Assembly (NCBI RefSeq): GCF_030028105.1
Contig: NC_092376.1
Coordinates: forward strand, 75,626,935-75,690,934
Length of the DNA: 64,000 nt
Direction of reading: 5' to 3'
DNA from: Mobula birostris
Taxonomy: Eukaryota
Part shown: in pieces, positions 48,937-62,452 of the stretch
Layout: each line of letters begins with the position of its first letter
Position numbering within the stretch: position 1 is the first letter of the stretch
Program-made: the position numbers and the translations under genes
The notes under the pieces: generated by a model
Databases searched by the model: none
What the model was told of the DNA's origin: nothing
Seen by the model: only the letters and a program-made list of their open reading frames with translations

Positions 48937-49889
48937 AAAAAAATTCTCTTCACTCTGAACTTCTTTGGCAGATTTCACTCTCCCTGAGGTTATAGTCTAG
49001 ACTGATTCCTAATTCTGCAGAATCTATCTCAAAGGTTATTTGGTTTTAATGAAGATTCTTTTAATCCTTTCTACCTCTTTTGCAAAGTCACACATCACAA
49101 ATTATGCAGATTATCAGATAACTACTTTCAAGATGGATTAATGAATTAAAGTTAGCTCAGAGAACAGCACTATAAATACATTAGGTGCCTTGAAATACCT
49201 AGACACTAAAATGAATAAATCCTTATTACAGTTAAAGGGCAAGAACAAGTCATAATCTGGGTGTTTAATATACTATCTATGGATGCTATAGACTTGAGCA
49301 GTTTATTAAAGTGCCATGAAAGCAGAACTAGAGGAAATTAGCATGAAATTAACAAGTTCAAAGAATCAGACAATTTTCAGAATCCCACAGTCATCCAGCA
49401 AAAGTAATTAATGTTGGCTTTGTTGACTTCTAAAATACATCGAAGTGAATACTGAGAAATTCAGAAATAAAAGATAGAAATGATCATGTAATCTTAGGGG
49501 TACAAATCTGCAAATAATAGACATATCCCATGCTCCTGTGATAGATGATACTCTTCTACATGTAAATCTTGTGAGGAAAATTGCCCACCACGTGATGTAA
49601 TGGTCATGTGTATTAAACTTTGCATCTGAAATTGCCTTCAGTAATGCACTCATTCAGCAGCATGATGTATTTGGCATATGTAAAAGAGGATGAAATTCCA
49701 TCCCAAGGGTACTGGATGTCTCTGTTCTGATTGCTTTAAACTGTATGAAAATTTCCCACCCAACTTACATTGTAATTGATAACTGGAATGAAACCTTCCC
49801 CTGGAAATTTGTAAAAAGCAAAAGAAAACCTGCGGATGTTGGAAATCTAAAATAAAAACAGAAAGTCCTGGAACTACCCAACAGAGCAA

Positions 49890-52667
49890 AGTGGTTGAAC
49901 TTAGAGCATGGATCAGTACTTGGAGCTATGATGTTGTGGTCATTACAGAGACTTGGATGGCTCAGGGGGAAGAATGGCAACTTTGAGTGCCAGGGTTTAG
50001 ATGTTTCAGAAAGGACGGGGAGGGAGGCAAAAGAGGTGGGAGCGTGGCACTGCTGACTAGAGATAGTGTCACAGCTGCAGAAAAGGAGGAAGTCATGGAG
50101 GGATTGTCTACTGAGTCGCTGTTGGTGGAAGTTAGAAACAGGAAAGGGCCAATAACTGTACTAGGTGTTTTTTATATACTACCCAATAGTAACAGGGACA
50201 TCGAGGAGTAGATAGAGAGACAGATTCTGGAACGGTGCAAAAATAACAGAGTTGTCGTGATGGGAGATTTCAATTTCCCCATTATTGATTGGTATATCCA
50301 TAGAGCAAGGGGTTTAGATGGGGTAGAATTTGTTAGGTGTGTTCCTGACACAATATGTAGATAAGGTTTCAAGAGGAGCAGCTGAACTTGATCTGGTATT
50401 GGGAAATGAACCTGGTCAGGTGTCAGATCTCTCAGTGGGAGAGCATTTTGGAAATAGTGATCACAATTCTGTTTCTTTTACCATAGCATTGGAGAGGATT
50501 AGAAACAGGTAAGTTAGGAAAGTGTTTAATTGGAGTAAGGGGAAATATGAACCTATCAGACAGGAACTTGGAAGCATGAATTGGGAACAGATGTTCTCAG
50601 GGAAATGTACGGCAGAAATGCAGCAAACGTTCCGGGGATATTTGCGTGACATTCTGCACAGGTACGTTCCAATGAGACGGGAAGGATGGTAGGGTACAGG
50701 AACCATGGTGTACAAAGACTGTTGTAAATCTAGTCAAGAAGAAAAGAAGAGCTTATGAAAGGTTCAAAAAACTAGTTAGTGATAGAGATCTAGAAAATTA
50801 TAAGGCTAATAGGAAGGAGCTTAAGAATGAAATTAGGAGAGCCATAACGGGCCATGAGAAGGCCTTAGCAAGCAAGATTAAGAAAAACCCAAGGCATTCT
50901 GCAAGTATGTAAGAAGCAAGAGGATAGGATGTGAGAGAATAGGACCAATCAAGTGTGACAATGGAAAAGTGTGTATGGAACCAGAAGAGGTAGCAGAGGT
51001 ATTCACTATGGAAAAGGACCTTGGCGATTGTAGGGATGACTTACAGTGGACTGAAAAGCTTGAGCATGTAGATATCAAAAAAGAGGATGTGCTGGAGTTT
51101 TTGGAAAACATCAGGTTGGATAAGTCTCTGGACCGGATGAGATATACCCCACGGTACTGTGGTAGATGAGGGAGGAGATTGCTGAGCCTTTGGCAATGAT
51201 CTTTGCATCATCAGTGGCGACAGGAGAGGTTCTGGAGGATTGAAGGGTTGCAGATGTTGTTCCCTTATTCAAGAAAAGGAGTAGAGATAGCTCAGGAAAT
51301 TATAGACCAGTGAATCTTACTTCAGTGGTTGGTAAGTTGATGGAGAAGATCCTGAGAGGCAGGATTTACAAACATTTGGAGAGGCATAATATGATTAGGA
51401 ATAGTCAACATAGCTTTGTCAAAGACACGTCGTGCCTTATGAGCCTGATAGACTTTTTTTGAGGATGTGACTGAACACATTGGTGAAGGTAGAGCAGTAG
51501 ATGTAGTGTATATGGATTTTAACAAGGCATTTGATAAGGTACCCCATGCAAGGCTTATTGAGAAAGTAAGGAGGCATGCGATCCAAGTGGACCTTGCTTT
51601 GTGGATCCAGAACTGGCTTGCCCACAAAAGGCAAAGGGCGGTTGCAGGCGGGTCATATTCTGCATGGAGATCGGTGACCAGTGGTGTGCCTCGGGGATGT
51701 ATTCTGGGTCCCCTACTCTTCGTGCTTTTCATAAATAACCTGGATGTGGAAATGGAGGGATGGGTTAGTAAATTTGCTGATGACACAAAGGTTGGGGGTG
51801 TTGTGGATAGTGTGGAGGGCTGTTGGAGTTTACAGTGGGACATTGATAGGATACAAAACTGGGCTGAGAAGCGGCAGATGGAATTCAACCCAGATAAGTG
51901 TGAGGTAATTCATTTTGGTCCGTCAAATATGATGGCAGGATATAGTATTAATGGTAAGACTCTTGGCAGAGTGGAGGATCAGAGGGATCTCGGAGTCTGA
52001 GTCTATAGGACACTCAAAGTTGCTATGCAGGTTGACTCTGTGGTTAAGAAGGCATATGGTGTATTGGCCTTCATCAACCATGGGATTGAGTTCAAGAGCT
52101 GAGAGGTAATGTTACAGCTATATAGGACCCTGATCAGAACTGTACTCAGTTCTGGTCACCTCACTACATGAAGGAGGTGGAAACTATAGAAAGGGTGCAG
52201 AGGAGATTTAGAAGGATATTGCCTGGATTGGGGAGCATACCTATGGAGAATAGGTTGAGTGAACTTGGCCTTTTCTCTTTGGAGTGATAGTGGATGAGAG
52301 ATGACCTGATGGAGATGTATAGAATGATGAGAGGCATTGATTGTGTGGATAGTCGGAAGCTTTTTCCCAGGGCTGAAATGACTAACACGAGAGGGCACAA
52401 TTTTAAGGTGCTTGGACGTAGGTACAGAGGAGATGTCAGGGGTAAGTTTTTTGTGCAGAGAGTGGTGAGTACGTGGAATGGGCTGCCAGCGACATTGGTG
52501 GAGGCAGATACGATAGGGTCTTGTAAGAGACTCCTGGATATCTACGTGGAGCTCTGAAAAATAGAGGGATATGGGTAACCTTATGTAATTTCTAAAGTAA
52601 GGACATGTTCAGCACAGCATTGTGGGCCAAAGAGCCTGTATTGTGCTGTAGGTTTTCTATGTTTCTA
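49890..52667 (+). mobile_element. CR1 LINE, near-complete decayed ORF2
   Basis: APE motifs (VVAITETW, VMGDFNFP, GNSDHNS) and RT motifs ([32 protein letters not shown]); ttctatgtttcta tail; splits a Penelope-derived short repeat (49820-49885 / 52668-52790). Confidence 0.92.
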
Positions 52668-54789
52668 GGTCAGTCAGCATTGGTAAAGGAGAAATTATTG
52701 ATAGGTCATTGACATGAAAAGGTAATTTTTTTTTCTCTCTACAGCTAATGTCTGACCTGCTGAGGATCTCCAAAGTTTTCTTATTTATCTGAAATTTATG
52801 TCTGTCAAGCCAACTGTTCTTACTGAACTTTTGCTTAGTTTGGAAGTATAGTAATGACAGACAGATTGGCTAATTGTTTTCCAAAGAAACTGTGGAAATT
52901 CTTCATTTAGATCTAATCCAAATGCACATTTGTTTACAACTGCATCTGCAGACATTCTCGTGATTATGTTTACACCTCTGTTCCAATGCTATCCCAAAGT
53001 AAAAAGAAAATACTGACAGTGGAAATAAGGCAAAATTACAAAAATGTTGGTCAAATCAATAAAACTAATATATAGAGTCCAATTGCACAGATACTGCTAT
53101 TGATGCCTCCCTTTAATTTTGAGTACCTGAAGAATTTACCTGAGTAGATAATTGCAGAGGAGCACTTTTTCATTCATTTTATCTGGCCCTTGCACACAAT
53201 TTTAAAATTCAACATGATTACCAAAAGCACTTTGATGTGCATTATTTTAAATAAAACATTTCTCTTGAGATAGTTGTTGCTGAAAACTCTGGCAATTATT
53301 GCTCACAACTGTTTCACATAAGAAGCTTCAGGAGTCTGAATGGTAGGAATGAAGGAACAGGGTCCCATGATTCTCCCTAAGCAACAGTGAAAACTCATTG
53401 CATCTCCAAGTGAGATCTCTTTAGAACTAAGGGGAAGTGGTAGTTGTTTCATGCATTTCATTATGGTGGATGTTGGTGCTTATGTTTCTGCTATTACAGA
53501 AACCTTAGCAATTTGATTCACTGAAGGTGCAGTGGTAGTTCAGGAGATCTCAGTTTCAAAAGGGGTCAAGGAGGTGGAACTTCTACTCAGAAGTATTCCA
53601 GTTCTGCTGTATTTTGCCTGCTCTAACATTCATTAATGTCATGGCTGACATTTCACCTCAGTGACTATTTCTTGTACTAACTTTGCTTCATTTAATATTT
53701 AAAGATCTTCTAATCCCTATCATGAATATAGTCGGCAACTTATCCTCTACTACCACCTTGGAGAAAGAATTCAGCCTCCTCTGGTTAAAGAAATTTCTCT
53801 GCATCTTTGCCCTCATTATAAGACTTTGTTCCAGACATCCCAGCCAGGGCAATCATAGGCCTTGCATCTATGCTGTTAAGCTCCATAAGATCTACATTAT
53901 GTTTCATTGAGATCAGCCCTCGTTCTTCTCAGACTATAAATCTACTCTGCTTAATTTCAATTTACACGACCCCATCTCAGGAATCAATCTGGTAAATCTT
54001 TGTTTGCACTTCCTCTGTTCATTTAACAGGGAGGCCCAATCTATGTGCAATATTCTAGATGCAGCCTCCCTGGGGCCTTTTTTTAATTATAGAAAGACGT
54101 CTCACTTTAATGGGCTGAACAGTTAAGCTATGGGACAGAAAGGTTCAAAATATAGAGTAACAAACCAGCACCGAATCTCATCAGCAAAGGACTAGGAAAA
54201 GGTGCCCATATTTGTGAACTGATATTTTTTTTTGAAATCTCTTCTTGAAATAGTTGCACGAGACAAGTTTAAATGCTGAGGGTTTGGAAACACACTACAT
54301 TTTTGGTGTGTGTTGTACATATTCTTTTCCTTCACGTTGCTTATTTTCTGATATTCAAATAAAATTTTAATTAGTGGAGGTTTTTTTTCAGTTATTTGCC
54401 TAACACAATGTTATGCTGTTAATTCTGTTTACACAAGAAGTTATCCCAGATAGTTAAGGGCATTCTTCAGCCTAGATTTATTGACTCTTTCATGTTGTAC
54501 ATAAAGGGAGTTCATGGTGTTCCACTCAAAAATGTTGAGGTACTGGATTATTGGATTTGGCATTTTAAATCAAACTCTAGGTCTGGCATTTAATGAAGAG
54601 AATTTCATCTGAACATTCAGTCTAACAAGACAAAAGCCCTCTTCTTTTGGACTGTTTTTATGATTTAATTACACCAAGTGCACAGATGAAATTTTTTTTT
54701 ATGGTTAGGCATGTTGAGTATTGCCATGATTTTGTTGGTTCAACATGTAATTAGTGCTTACTATAAAATGGAGAAAAAAATTGATACGA

Positions 54790-55335
54790 ACATGAGAAAA
54801 TCTGCAGATGCTGGAAATCCAAGCAACACACACAAAATGTTGGAGGAACTCAGCAAATCAGACATCATCTATGGAAACGAGTAAGCAGTCGACATTTTGG
54901 GCCAAGACCCTTCATCAGGACTGGAGAAACAGATGAGAAGTCAGAGCAAGAAGATGGGGGAGGGGTAGAAGAAATACAAGGTGGTAGGTGATAGGTGAAA
55001 CTGGGAGGGGGAGGGGTGAGGAGCTGGGAAATTGGTGAAAGAAATAAAGGGCTGGAGGAGAGGAAATCCAGGGTAGAAGACCATGGAAGAAAGGGAAGGG
55101 AAGGACCACCAGAGGGAGGTGATGGGCAGGTGAGGAGATAAGGTGAGAGAGGGTAATTGGAATGGGGGAGTGGTGAAAGGGGGCAATTACCGGAAATTTG
55201 AGAAATTGATGTTCCCCCCCATTCATGTTTCCCTCTCTCACCTGGTGAAGGCTCTTGGCACAAAACATCAACTGTTTACTCTTTTCCATAGACACTGCCT
55301 GACCCATTGAGTTCTCCAGCATTTTGTTTGTGTTC
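54790..55335 (-). mobile_element. Penelope-like terminal repeat with inverted end
   Basis: Same terminal repeat as 29985-30360; degenerate hammerhead 54887-54922. Confidence 0.7.
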
Positions 55336-55347
55336 CCAAGAAATTGA

Positions 55348-56478
55348 GAAACATTGAAACACAGAAAACCTACAGCACAATACAGGTCCTTAGGCCCACA
55401 AAGCTGTGCTGGACATGTACTTACCTTAGAAATTACCTAGGGTTACCCATAGCCCTCTATTTTTCTAAGCTCCATGTACCTATCCAAAAGTCTCTTAAAA
55501 GTCCCTATCGTATCCGCCTCCACCATCGTTGCCAGCAGCCCATTCCACGCACTCACCACTCTCTGCGTAAAAAGCTTACCCCTGATATCTCCTCTGTACC
55601 TACTTCCAAGCATCTTAAAACTGTGCCCTCTCGTGCTAGCCATTTCAGCCCTGGGAAAAAGCCTCTGGCTATCAACACGATCAATGCCTCTCATCATCTT
55701 ATACACTTCTATCAGGTCACCTCTCATCCTCTGTCGCTCCAAGGAGAAAAGGCCAAGTTCACTCAAACTATTCTCAGAAGGCATGCTCCCCAATCCAGGC
55801 AACATCCTTGTAAATCTCCTCTGCACCCTTTCTATGGTTTCCACATCCTTCCTCTAGTGAGGCAACCAGAACTGAGCACAGTACTCCAAGTGGGGTCTGA
55901 CCAGGGTCCTATATAGCTGCAACATTACCTCTCAGCTCCTAAACTCAATCCCATGCTTGATGAAGGCCAATGCACCGTATGCTTTCTTAACTACAGAGTC
56001 AACCTGCGCAGAAGCTTTGAGGATCCTTTGGACTCAAACCCCAAGATCCCTCTGATCCTCCACACTGCCAAGAGTCTTATCATTAATACTATATTCTGCC
56101 ATCATATTTGACCTACCAAAATGAACTACCCCACACTTACCTGGATTGTATTCCACCTGACGCTTCTCAGCCCAGTTTTGCATCCTATCAATGTCCTGCT
56201 GTAAACTCTGACAGCCCTTTACACTATCCACGACACCCCCAACCTTTGTGTCACCAGCAAATTTACTAACTCATCTCTCCATTTCCTCATCCAGGTCATT
56301 TATAAAAATCACAAAGAGTAGGGGTCCCAGAACAGATCCCTGAGGCACACCACTGGTCACCGACCTCCATGCAGAATATGACCCACCTACAACCACTCTT
56401 TGACTTCTGTGGGCAAGCCGGTTCTGGATCCATAAAGAAACATCCCCTTGGATCCTATGCCTCCGTACTTACTCAATA
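55348..56478 (-). mobile_element. CR1 LINE 3' fragment
   Basis: IERVQRRFTRMLPGL...RMRGDLIEVYKMMRG; same family as 49890-52667. Confidence 0.9.
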
Positions 56479-57959
56479 TAAAAAAGTTTGATAAAATCTT
56501 TTCTGGGGAATAACCATATTACACACAATTGCCTATAAATTAGATTCCACCCATTCACCCATTTCACCCAAATTAGATTTCATCAGTGGTTTAAGAAAAA
56601 AAATTAGCTTTATCCCATTTTCAAAGCAATTGAAGCCAGCTGACAAGGAAGTGAGAGAGAAAGGGAAATGTGAGGAGGGAAGGGTCTGATCTTGAGGAGG
56701 GGAATCAAGGAGGAAGGGACTGAAAAGTGCAGATTTAATATGCATAGTGTGCTCAAATATACATATACCACTAGAAAACTCTTCAGAAGTATGTGGAATA
56801 CTTGACTGGGGCAATCTGAAGGTACGGCAGCTACCAAGTAACGTCTGCAGGGAGTTGTGTATGGGTTGTCCAAGTCCTACAGGTCATTGTGCCTGGAAGT
56901 CAACAACTGAGACCTGCTGATCATCTCCAGGTCACCTGTTATCAATGAGGCTTGAAAATTCAGGCTCCACATTCACCCCTCAGCATTGCCAAAAAGGCAT
57001 GAGGTAAGAACTCAGTTAGGTAGAAGTTGTCAGGATGGCAAGAGACATAATATGGGTTGAAATGAACTCGGAGACCCACTCTACTCTTAGACTTCTCTGT
57101 TCTGTATTTAGTTAAACTTTTCTGAAAAGTGTTTATGCAGCATAATTTGAGTTTAGGATAGCCTAGGTCAAAGCTGTCTGACCTGAGGATGCCATCACAA
57201 ATTTAAAAATGAACCATCTCCTATTCCAGGCTTGGGTCTTGGATCCCTGCTTTGTTACCCATCAGTGTTCTTCCTGTCAGGAAGCACTTGTTCTCTTTGC
57301 CAACTATGTAGTTAGATATTTGCTTAATACTTGAAAAGCTGGCACCTCAGCAGGAAATTTCTGAGTCTTTGACTCCCTATTCTTCCATCTATGCTGCATC
57401 AAGTCGCAAGTCCACTTACTAAAAAGTGGATGGAAGTGAAAGTGAGTTCTCGATTTCACCTGCATAAGGGATTGACAAATTGTAAGGCCAGGGATGAGGT
57501 GAGGAAAGACATTGTGCATTGTAATGCTGTTGAAATGTTCAACTTTTCTCAATTATTTTAAATAATACTATTTGCAGTCTACAAAATTGGATTGCATCTA
57601 GAATGCATAAAATGTGTAAGGGCGCTTTAAATTAAACTCAGTTTAACATGGATTGAGAAGAAGACTTTATCTCTTCCTGCAAAATTAATAAAACAAAACA
57701 CATTGAATAGAACAGTTACTCTGAAATTCAAGATTGCAAATCCCATAAATTATTCTTCATTCACATGATCTGAGGGATATCTTATCAATGGAAGGTTGAC
57801 TACCTATAAAAACTGATAATAAAGGAAAAGCTTTGCCAGATATGTCGATCCTTCACCAGAATTCCTGACAAAATTTCTTTACCAAATAAAGTCAGGATCA
57901 CAGATTTGTAAAATTCACCTTCTAAATTAGCTCTATTCACTACCTAATAGCATGCACTT

Positions 57960-58470
57960 GAGACTTCTGCTTCTTTCTGTTGAAGGCATGGAATATAAGA
58001 ACTGTGATTTCATTTTACAATTTTATATTTCATTGGTAAGGCCATACCTGATGTACTGTGTGCCTGACTGGAGAAAGGATATGAGTGAATTGCAGAAGGT
58101 GCAGAGGATAATCACTAGGATGTTGCCAGGATTGGGGGCACTACATTTTCAAGGAGAGATTTGGATAGGATGGGTTTGTTTCTCTGGGGTGGAGGGACCT
58201 GATGGAGGTATATAAAATTATGAGGGGAACAGATGGGGTAAATATTAAAAATCTCTTTCTTATAGTGGTCATAACGTAACCAAGTGAGCATAGATTTAAG
58301 ATGAGAGGTAAACAGTTTTGAGGGATTCTGAGTGAGAGGTTTTCACACACAATACAAGAATCGCCAAAGCATAGAAGTGAACCGACTTAATGTGGGTAAC
58401 TGGGTCAGTGTAGATAGGTACAATGGGTGGCATGGCCACAATAGACCAAGGACCTATTTCTGTGCTGTAT
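57960..58470 (+). mobile_element. Degraded CR1 3' fragment
   Basis: YISLVRPYLMYCV...LQKVQRIITRMLPGL. Confidence 0.7.
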
Positions 58471-59799
58471 GCCTTTAGAAATGGACTATAACTTCGTACA
58501 ATTTAAAAGCAGGTATTGTTGCTGCTGAGGTTACCTGATTCTTCCCAGAGCAATATCCTTCCGGCAGGTGCCAGAATTAGCAATGGGTATAATCCTTGGC
58601 ACTGTGGCAATGGGCCTTGGTCTCTCCCAATATTTGTAACACAAAAGCAATATCTCAGCACAGGTTTAAATTATAGATATGGACAAATGCCCATTTTCAC
58701 CTCCATGGTACATAAAGCAAACCGATAATGAGGGAGAAATATTGCAAGCCACATCAATTCTGCATCAGAACATCCTTCTGAACAATTTAAAAAATCCAAC
58801 AGCTCATAAAACTGAAGGTTTCTATCTTCTACTTTCCTATCTACCTAATTGTGATGAATGGCATGATTCATATGTGAGTTCATGACTGCATTTATCCTAT
58901 TTGAAGTTAGGCAGTTCAGCAGGTAGAATTTTATAACTTCTGCAAATACACTAATTTCAAATGGCCCTTTCAAACTTTGTGCTGCTCGCTATATCCTTTA
59001 CAAATGATACTTGATTTTCCTGAGCTTCAGCCTGTGTTGATTGTCCTCCATAAAAGTGGCTTGCTGATGTTCATACGTGGAATTGCAAATCTTGAGATAG
59101 TCTAACTGAGGGTAGGGTCTGAAAATACGTTTTAATATGATCACTCACAGAAGCATTCATAGGCAAGTGCAGTGGGAGATTTCCCCAGGAATCCAGTAAA
59201 ATGAATGTTTTTGAGGAAATTTGCATGCCAGGGATTTGGCCTGCTCAAACTCTCAAAAATCTCCGAAAATTTCAGCTTTGTTTCCTTAAATCTAACAGCA
59301 TAATCATAACTGTTAAATAAGAGTTACTTTACGGCTGGAAATCTATCGGATAGAAATTGTGCTTTTGGCATGAGCAAGTTAATGCTTTGTTTTAAACTGG
59401 AGTTTCATTCGCAGTAATCTTATAGTAAAATGTTGTTTTGGATTTTCAGGATATGGGTTGTGTACAGGATTCTTTGTCATTGAGGTAAAAGGTTAGTCGT
59501 GATCTTATGAAATGGTGAAATTGATGGATTGAAAGGCCTCATGCTGTGCGAAACTTGAAGCAGACATAGACTTTGACACTACCTATTGGTGGCATGCACT
59601 AATCAGCCACTCATTCCAACTCTGAAGGAGCCCCTGAGAGCTTAGATTGAATTTGGTCATTGAGTTTCACTTACCAAAGGTCCATGCTGTAGATATCTGT
59701 GGAAATGGAGATCAGGAGAGTTATCAATGATCAGCTAATCCATTTTCCAACATCTTCGATTATGATTTTTCTTGTTTCACCCTGTCTGCATATTTACTG

Positions 59800-62452
59800 C
59801 ATAATAGATAATAGACAATAGGTGCAGGAGTAGGCCATTTGGCCCTTCAAGCCAGCACCACCATTCACAGTGATCATGGCTGATCATCCACAATCAGTAT
59901 CCAGTTCCTGCCTTATCCCCATAACCTTTGATTCCACTATCTTTAAGAGCTCTATCCATCTCTTTCTTGAAAGCATCCAGAGACTTGGCCTCCACTGCCT
60001 TCTGGGGCAGAACATTCCACATATCCACCATTCTCTGGGTAAAAATGTTTTTCCTCAAATCCGTTCTAAGTGGCCTACCCCTTATTCTTAATCTGTGCCC
60101 TCTGGTTCTGGATTCACCCATCAGCGGGAACATGCTTCTTGCCTCCAGTGTGTCCAATCCCTTAATAATCTTACATGTTTCAATTAGATCCCCCCCATCC
60201 TTCTAAATTCCAGTGTATACAAGCCCAGACGCTCCAATCTTTCAACATATGACAGTCCCGCCATCCCAGGAATTATCCTTGTGAAACTACACTGCACTCC
60301 TTCAATAGCAAGAATGTCCTTCCTCAAATTTGGAGACCAAAACTGCACACAATACTCCAGGTGTGGTGTCACCAGGGCCTTGTACAGCTGCAGAAGGACC
60401 TCTTTGCTCCTATACTCAATTCCTCTTGTTATGAAGGCCAGCATGCCATTAGCTTTCTTCACTGCCTGCTGTATCTCTATGCTTGCTTTCAGTGACTGAT
60501 GTACAAGAACACCCAGATCTCATTGTACTTCCCCTTTTCCCAACTTGACTCCATTTAGATAATAATCTGTCTTTATGTTCTTACCACCAAAGTGGATAAC
60601 GTCACATTTATCCACGTTAAACTGCATCTGCCATGCATGCATGTCCTGACGAAGGGTCTCGGCCTGAAACGTCGACTGCACTTCTTCCTACAGATGCTGC
60701 TTGGCCTGCTGCATTCACCAGCAACTTTGATGGGTGTTGTCTGCCATGCATCTGCTCACTCACCCAGCCTGTCCAAGTCACCCTGCATTTTAATAACATT
60801 CTCCTCATAGTTCACACTGCCACCCAGTTTTGTGTCATCTGCAAATTTGCTAATGTTATTTTTAATCCCTTCATCTAAATCATTAATGTTTATTGTAAAC
60901 AGCTGCGGTCCCAGCACTGAACCCTGCGGTACCCCGCTGGTCACTGCCTGCCATTCCGAAAGGGACCCGTCAATCCCTACTCTTTGTTTCCTGTCAGCCA
61001 GCCAATTTTCAATCCATGTCAGTACTCTGCCCCCATTACCATGTGCCCTAATTTTGCCCACTAATCTCCTATGTGGGACTTTATCAAAGGCTTTCTGAAA
61101 GTCCAGGTACACTACATCCACAGGCTCTCCCTTGTCCATTTTCATAGTTACATCCTCAAAAAATTCCAGAAGATTCATCAAGCACGATTCCCCCTTGGTA
61201 AATTCATGCTGACTCGGACTGATCCTGTTACTGCTATCCAAATGTGTCGTAATTTCATCCTTTATAATTGACTCCAGCATCTTCCCCACCACTGATATCA
61301 GACTAACTGGTCTATAATTGCCTGCTTCTTCTCTCCCTCCTTTCTTGAAAAGTGGGATAGCATTAGCTACCCTCCAATCCACAGGAACTGATCCTGAATC
61401 TATAGAGCATTACAAAATGATTACCAATGCGTCTACGATTTCTAAAGCCACCTCCTTAAGTACCCTGGGATGCAGACCATCAGGTCCCAGGGACTTATCA
61501 GCCTTCAGACCCAACAGTCTATCCAACACCATTTCCTGTCTAATATAAATTTCCTTCAGTTCATCCATTACCCCATATCCTTTGGCCACTGTTATATCTG
61601 GGAGATAGTTTGTGTCTTCCCTAGTGAAGACAGATCCAAAGTACCTGTTCATCTCGTCTGCCATTTCCTTGTTCCCCATAATAAATTCACCCGTTTCTGT
61701 CTTCAAGGGCTCAATTTTGGTCTTAACTATTTTTTTCCTTTTCACATACCTAAAGAAGCTTTTACTATCCTCCTTTATATTCTTGATTAGTTTACCTTTG
61801 TACCTCATTTTTTCTCTGTGTACTGCCATTTTAGTTATCTTCTGTTGCTCTTTAAAAGTTTCCCAATCCTCTGGCTTCCCACTCATCTTTGCTATGTTAT
61901 ACTTCTCTTTTATTTTTATACCGTCCTTTACTTCCCTTGTCAGCCACGGCCTCCCCTTAATCCCCTTAGGATCTTTCTTTCTCTTTGGAATGAACTGATC
62001 CTGCACCTTCTGCATTATTCCAAAAAATACCTGCCACTGTCACCCCTGCTAGGGTATTGTTCCATTGAACTTTGGCCAGCTCCTCCCTCATAGCTCCATA
62101 GTTCCCCTTGTTCAACTGTAATACTGACACTTCCGATTTTCCCTTCTCCCTCTCAATCTGTAGATTAAAACTTATCATATAATGGTCACTACCTCTTAAT
62201 GGCTCCTTTACCTCGAGGTCCCTGATCAAATCCGGTTCATTGCACAACACTAAATCTAGAATTGCCTTCTCTCTGGTAGGCTCCAGTACAACTGTTCTAA
62301 GAATCCATCTTGGAGGGACTCCACAAACTCCCTTTCTTGGGGTCCAGTACTAACCTGATTCTTCCAGTCCCCCATAACAACTGTAGCATTACCTTTGCGA
62401 CATGCCAATTTTAACTCTTGATTCAACTTACACCCTACATCCAGACTACTGT
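59800..62452 (-). mobile_element. CR1 LINE ORF2 (APE plus RT), decayed
   Basis: EPLRGSDHYMISF, PGPDGLHPRVLKE-like, [47 protein letters not shown]. Confidence 0.92.
60639..60739 (+). mobile_element. ~100-bp Penelope-terminal-repeat insert containing a hammerhead ribozyme
   Basis: GTC-CTGACGA-agggtctcggcct-GAAAC-GTC-GAC at 60643-60676; TSD TCTGCCATGCAT (60627-60638, 60740-60751). Confidence 0.8.
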
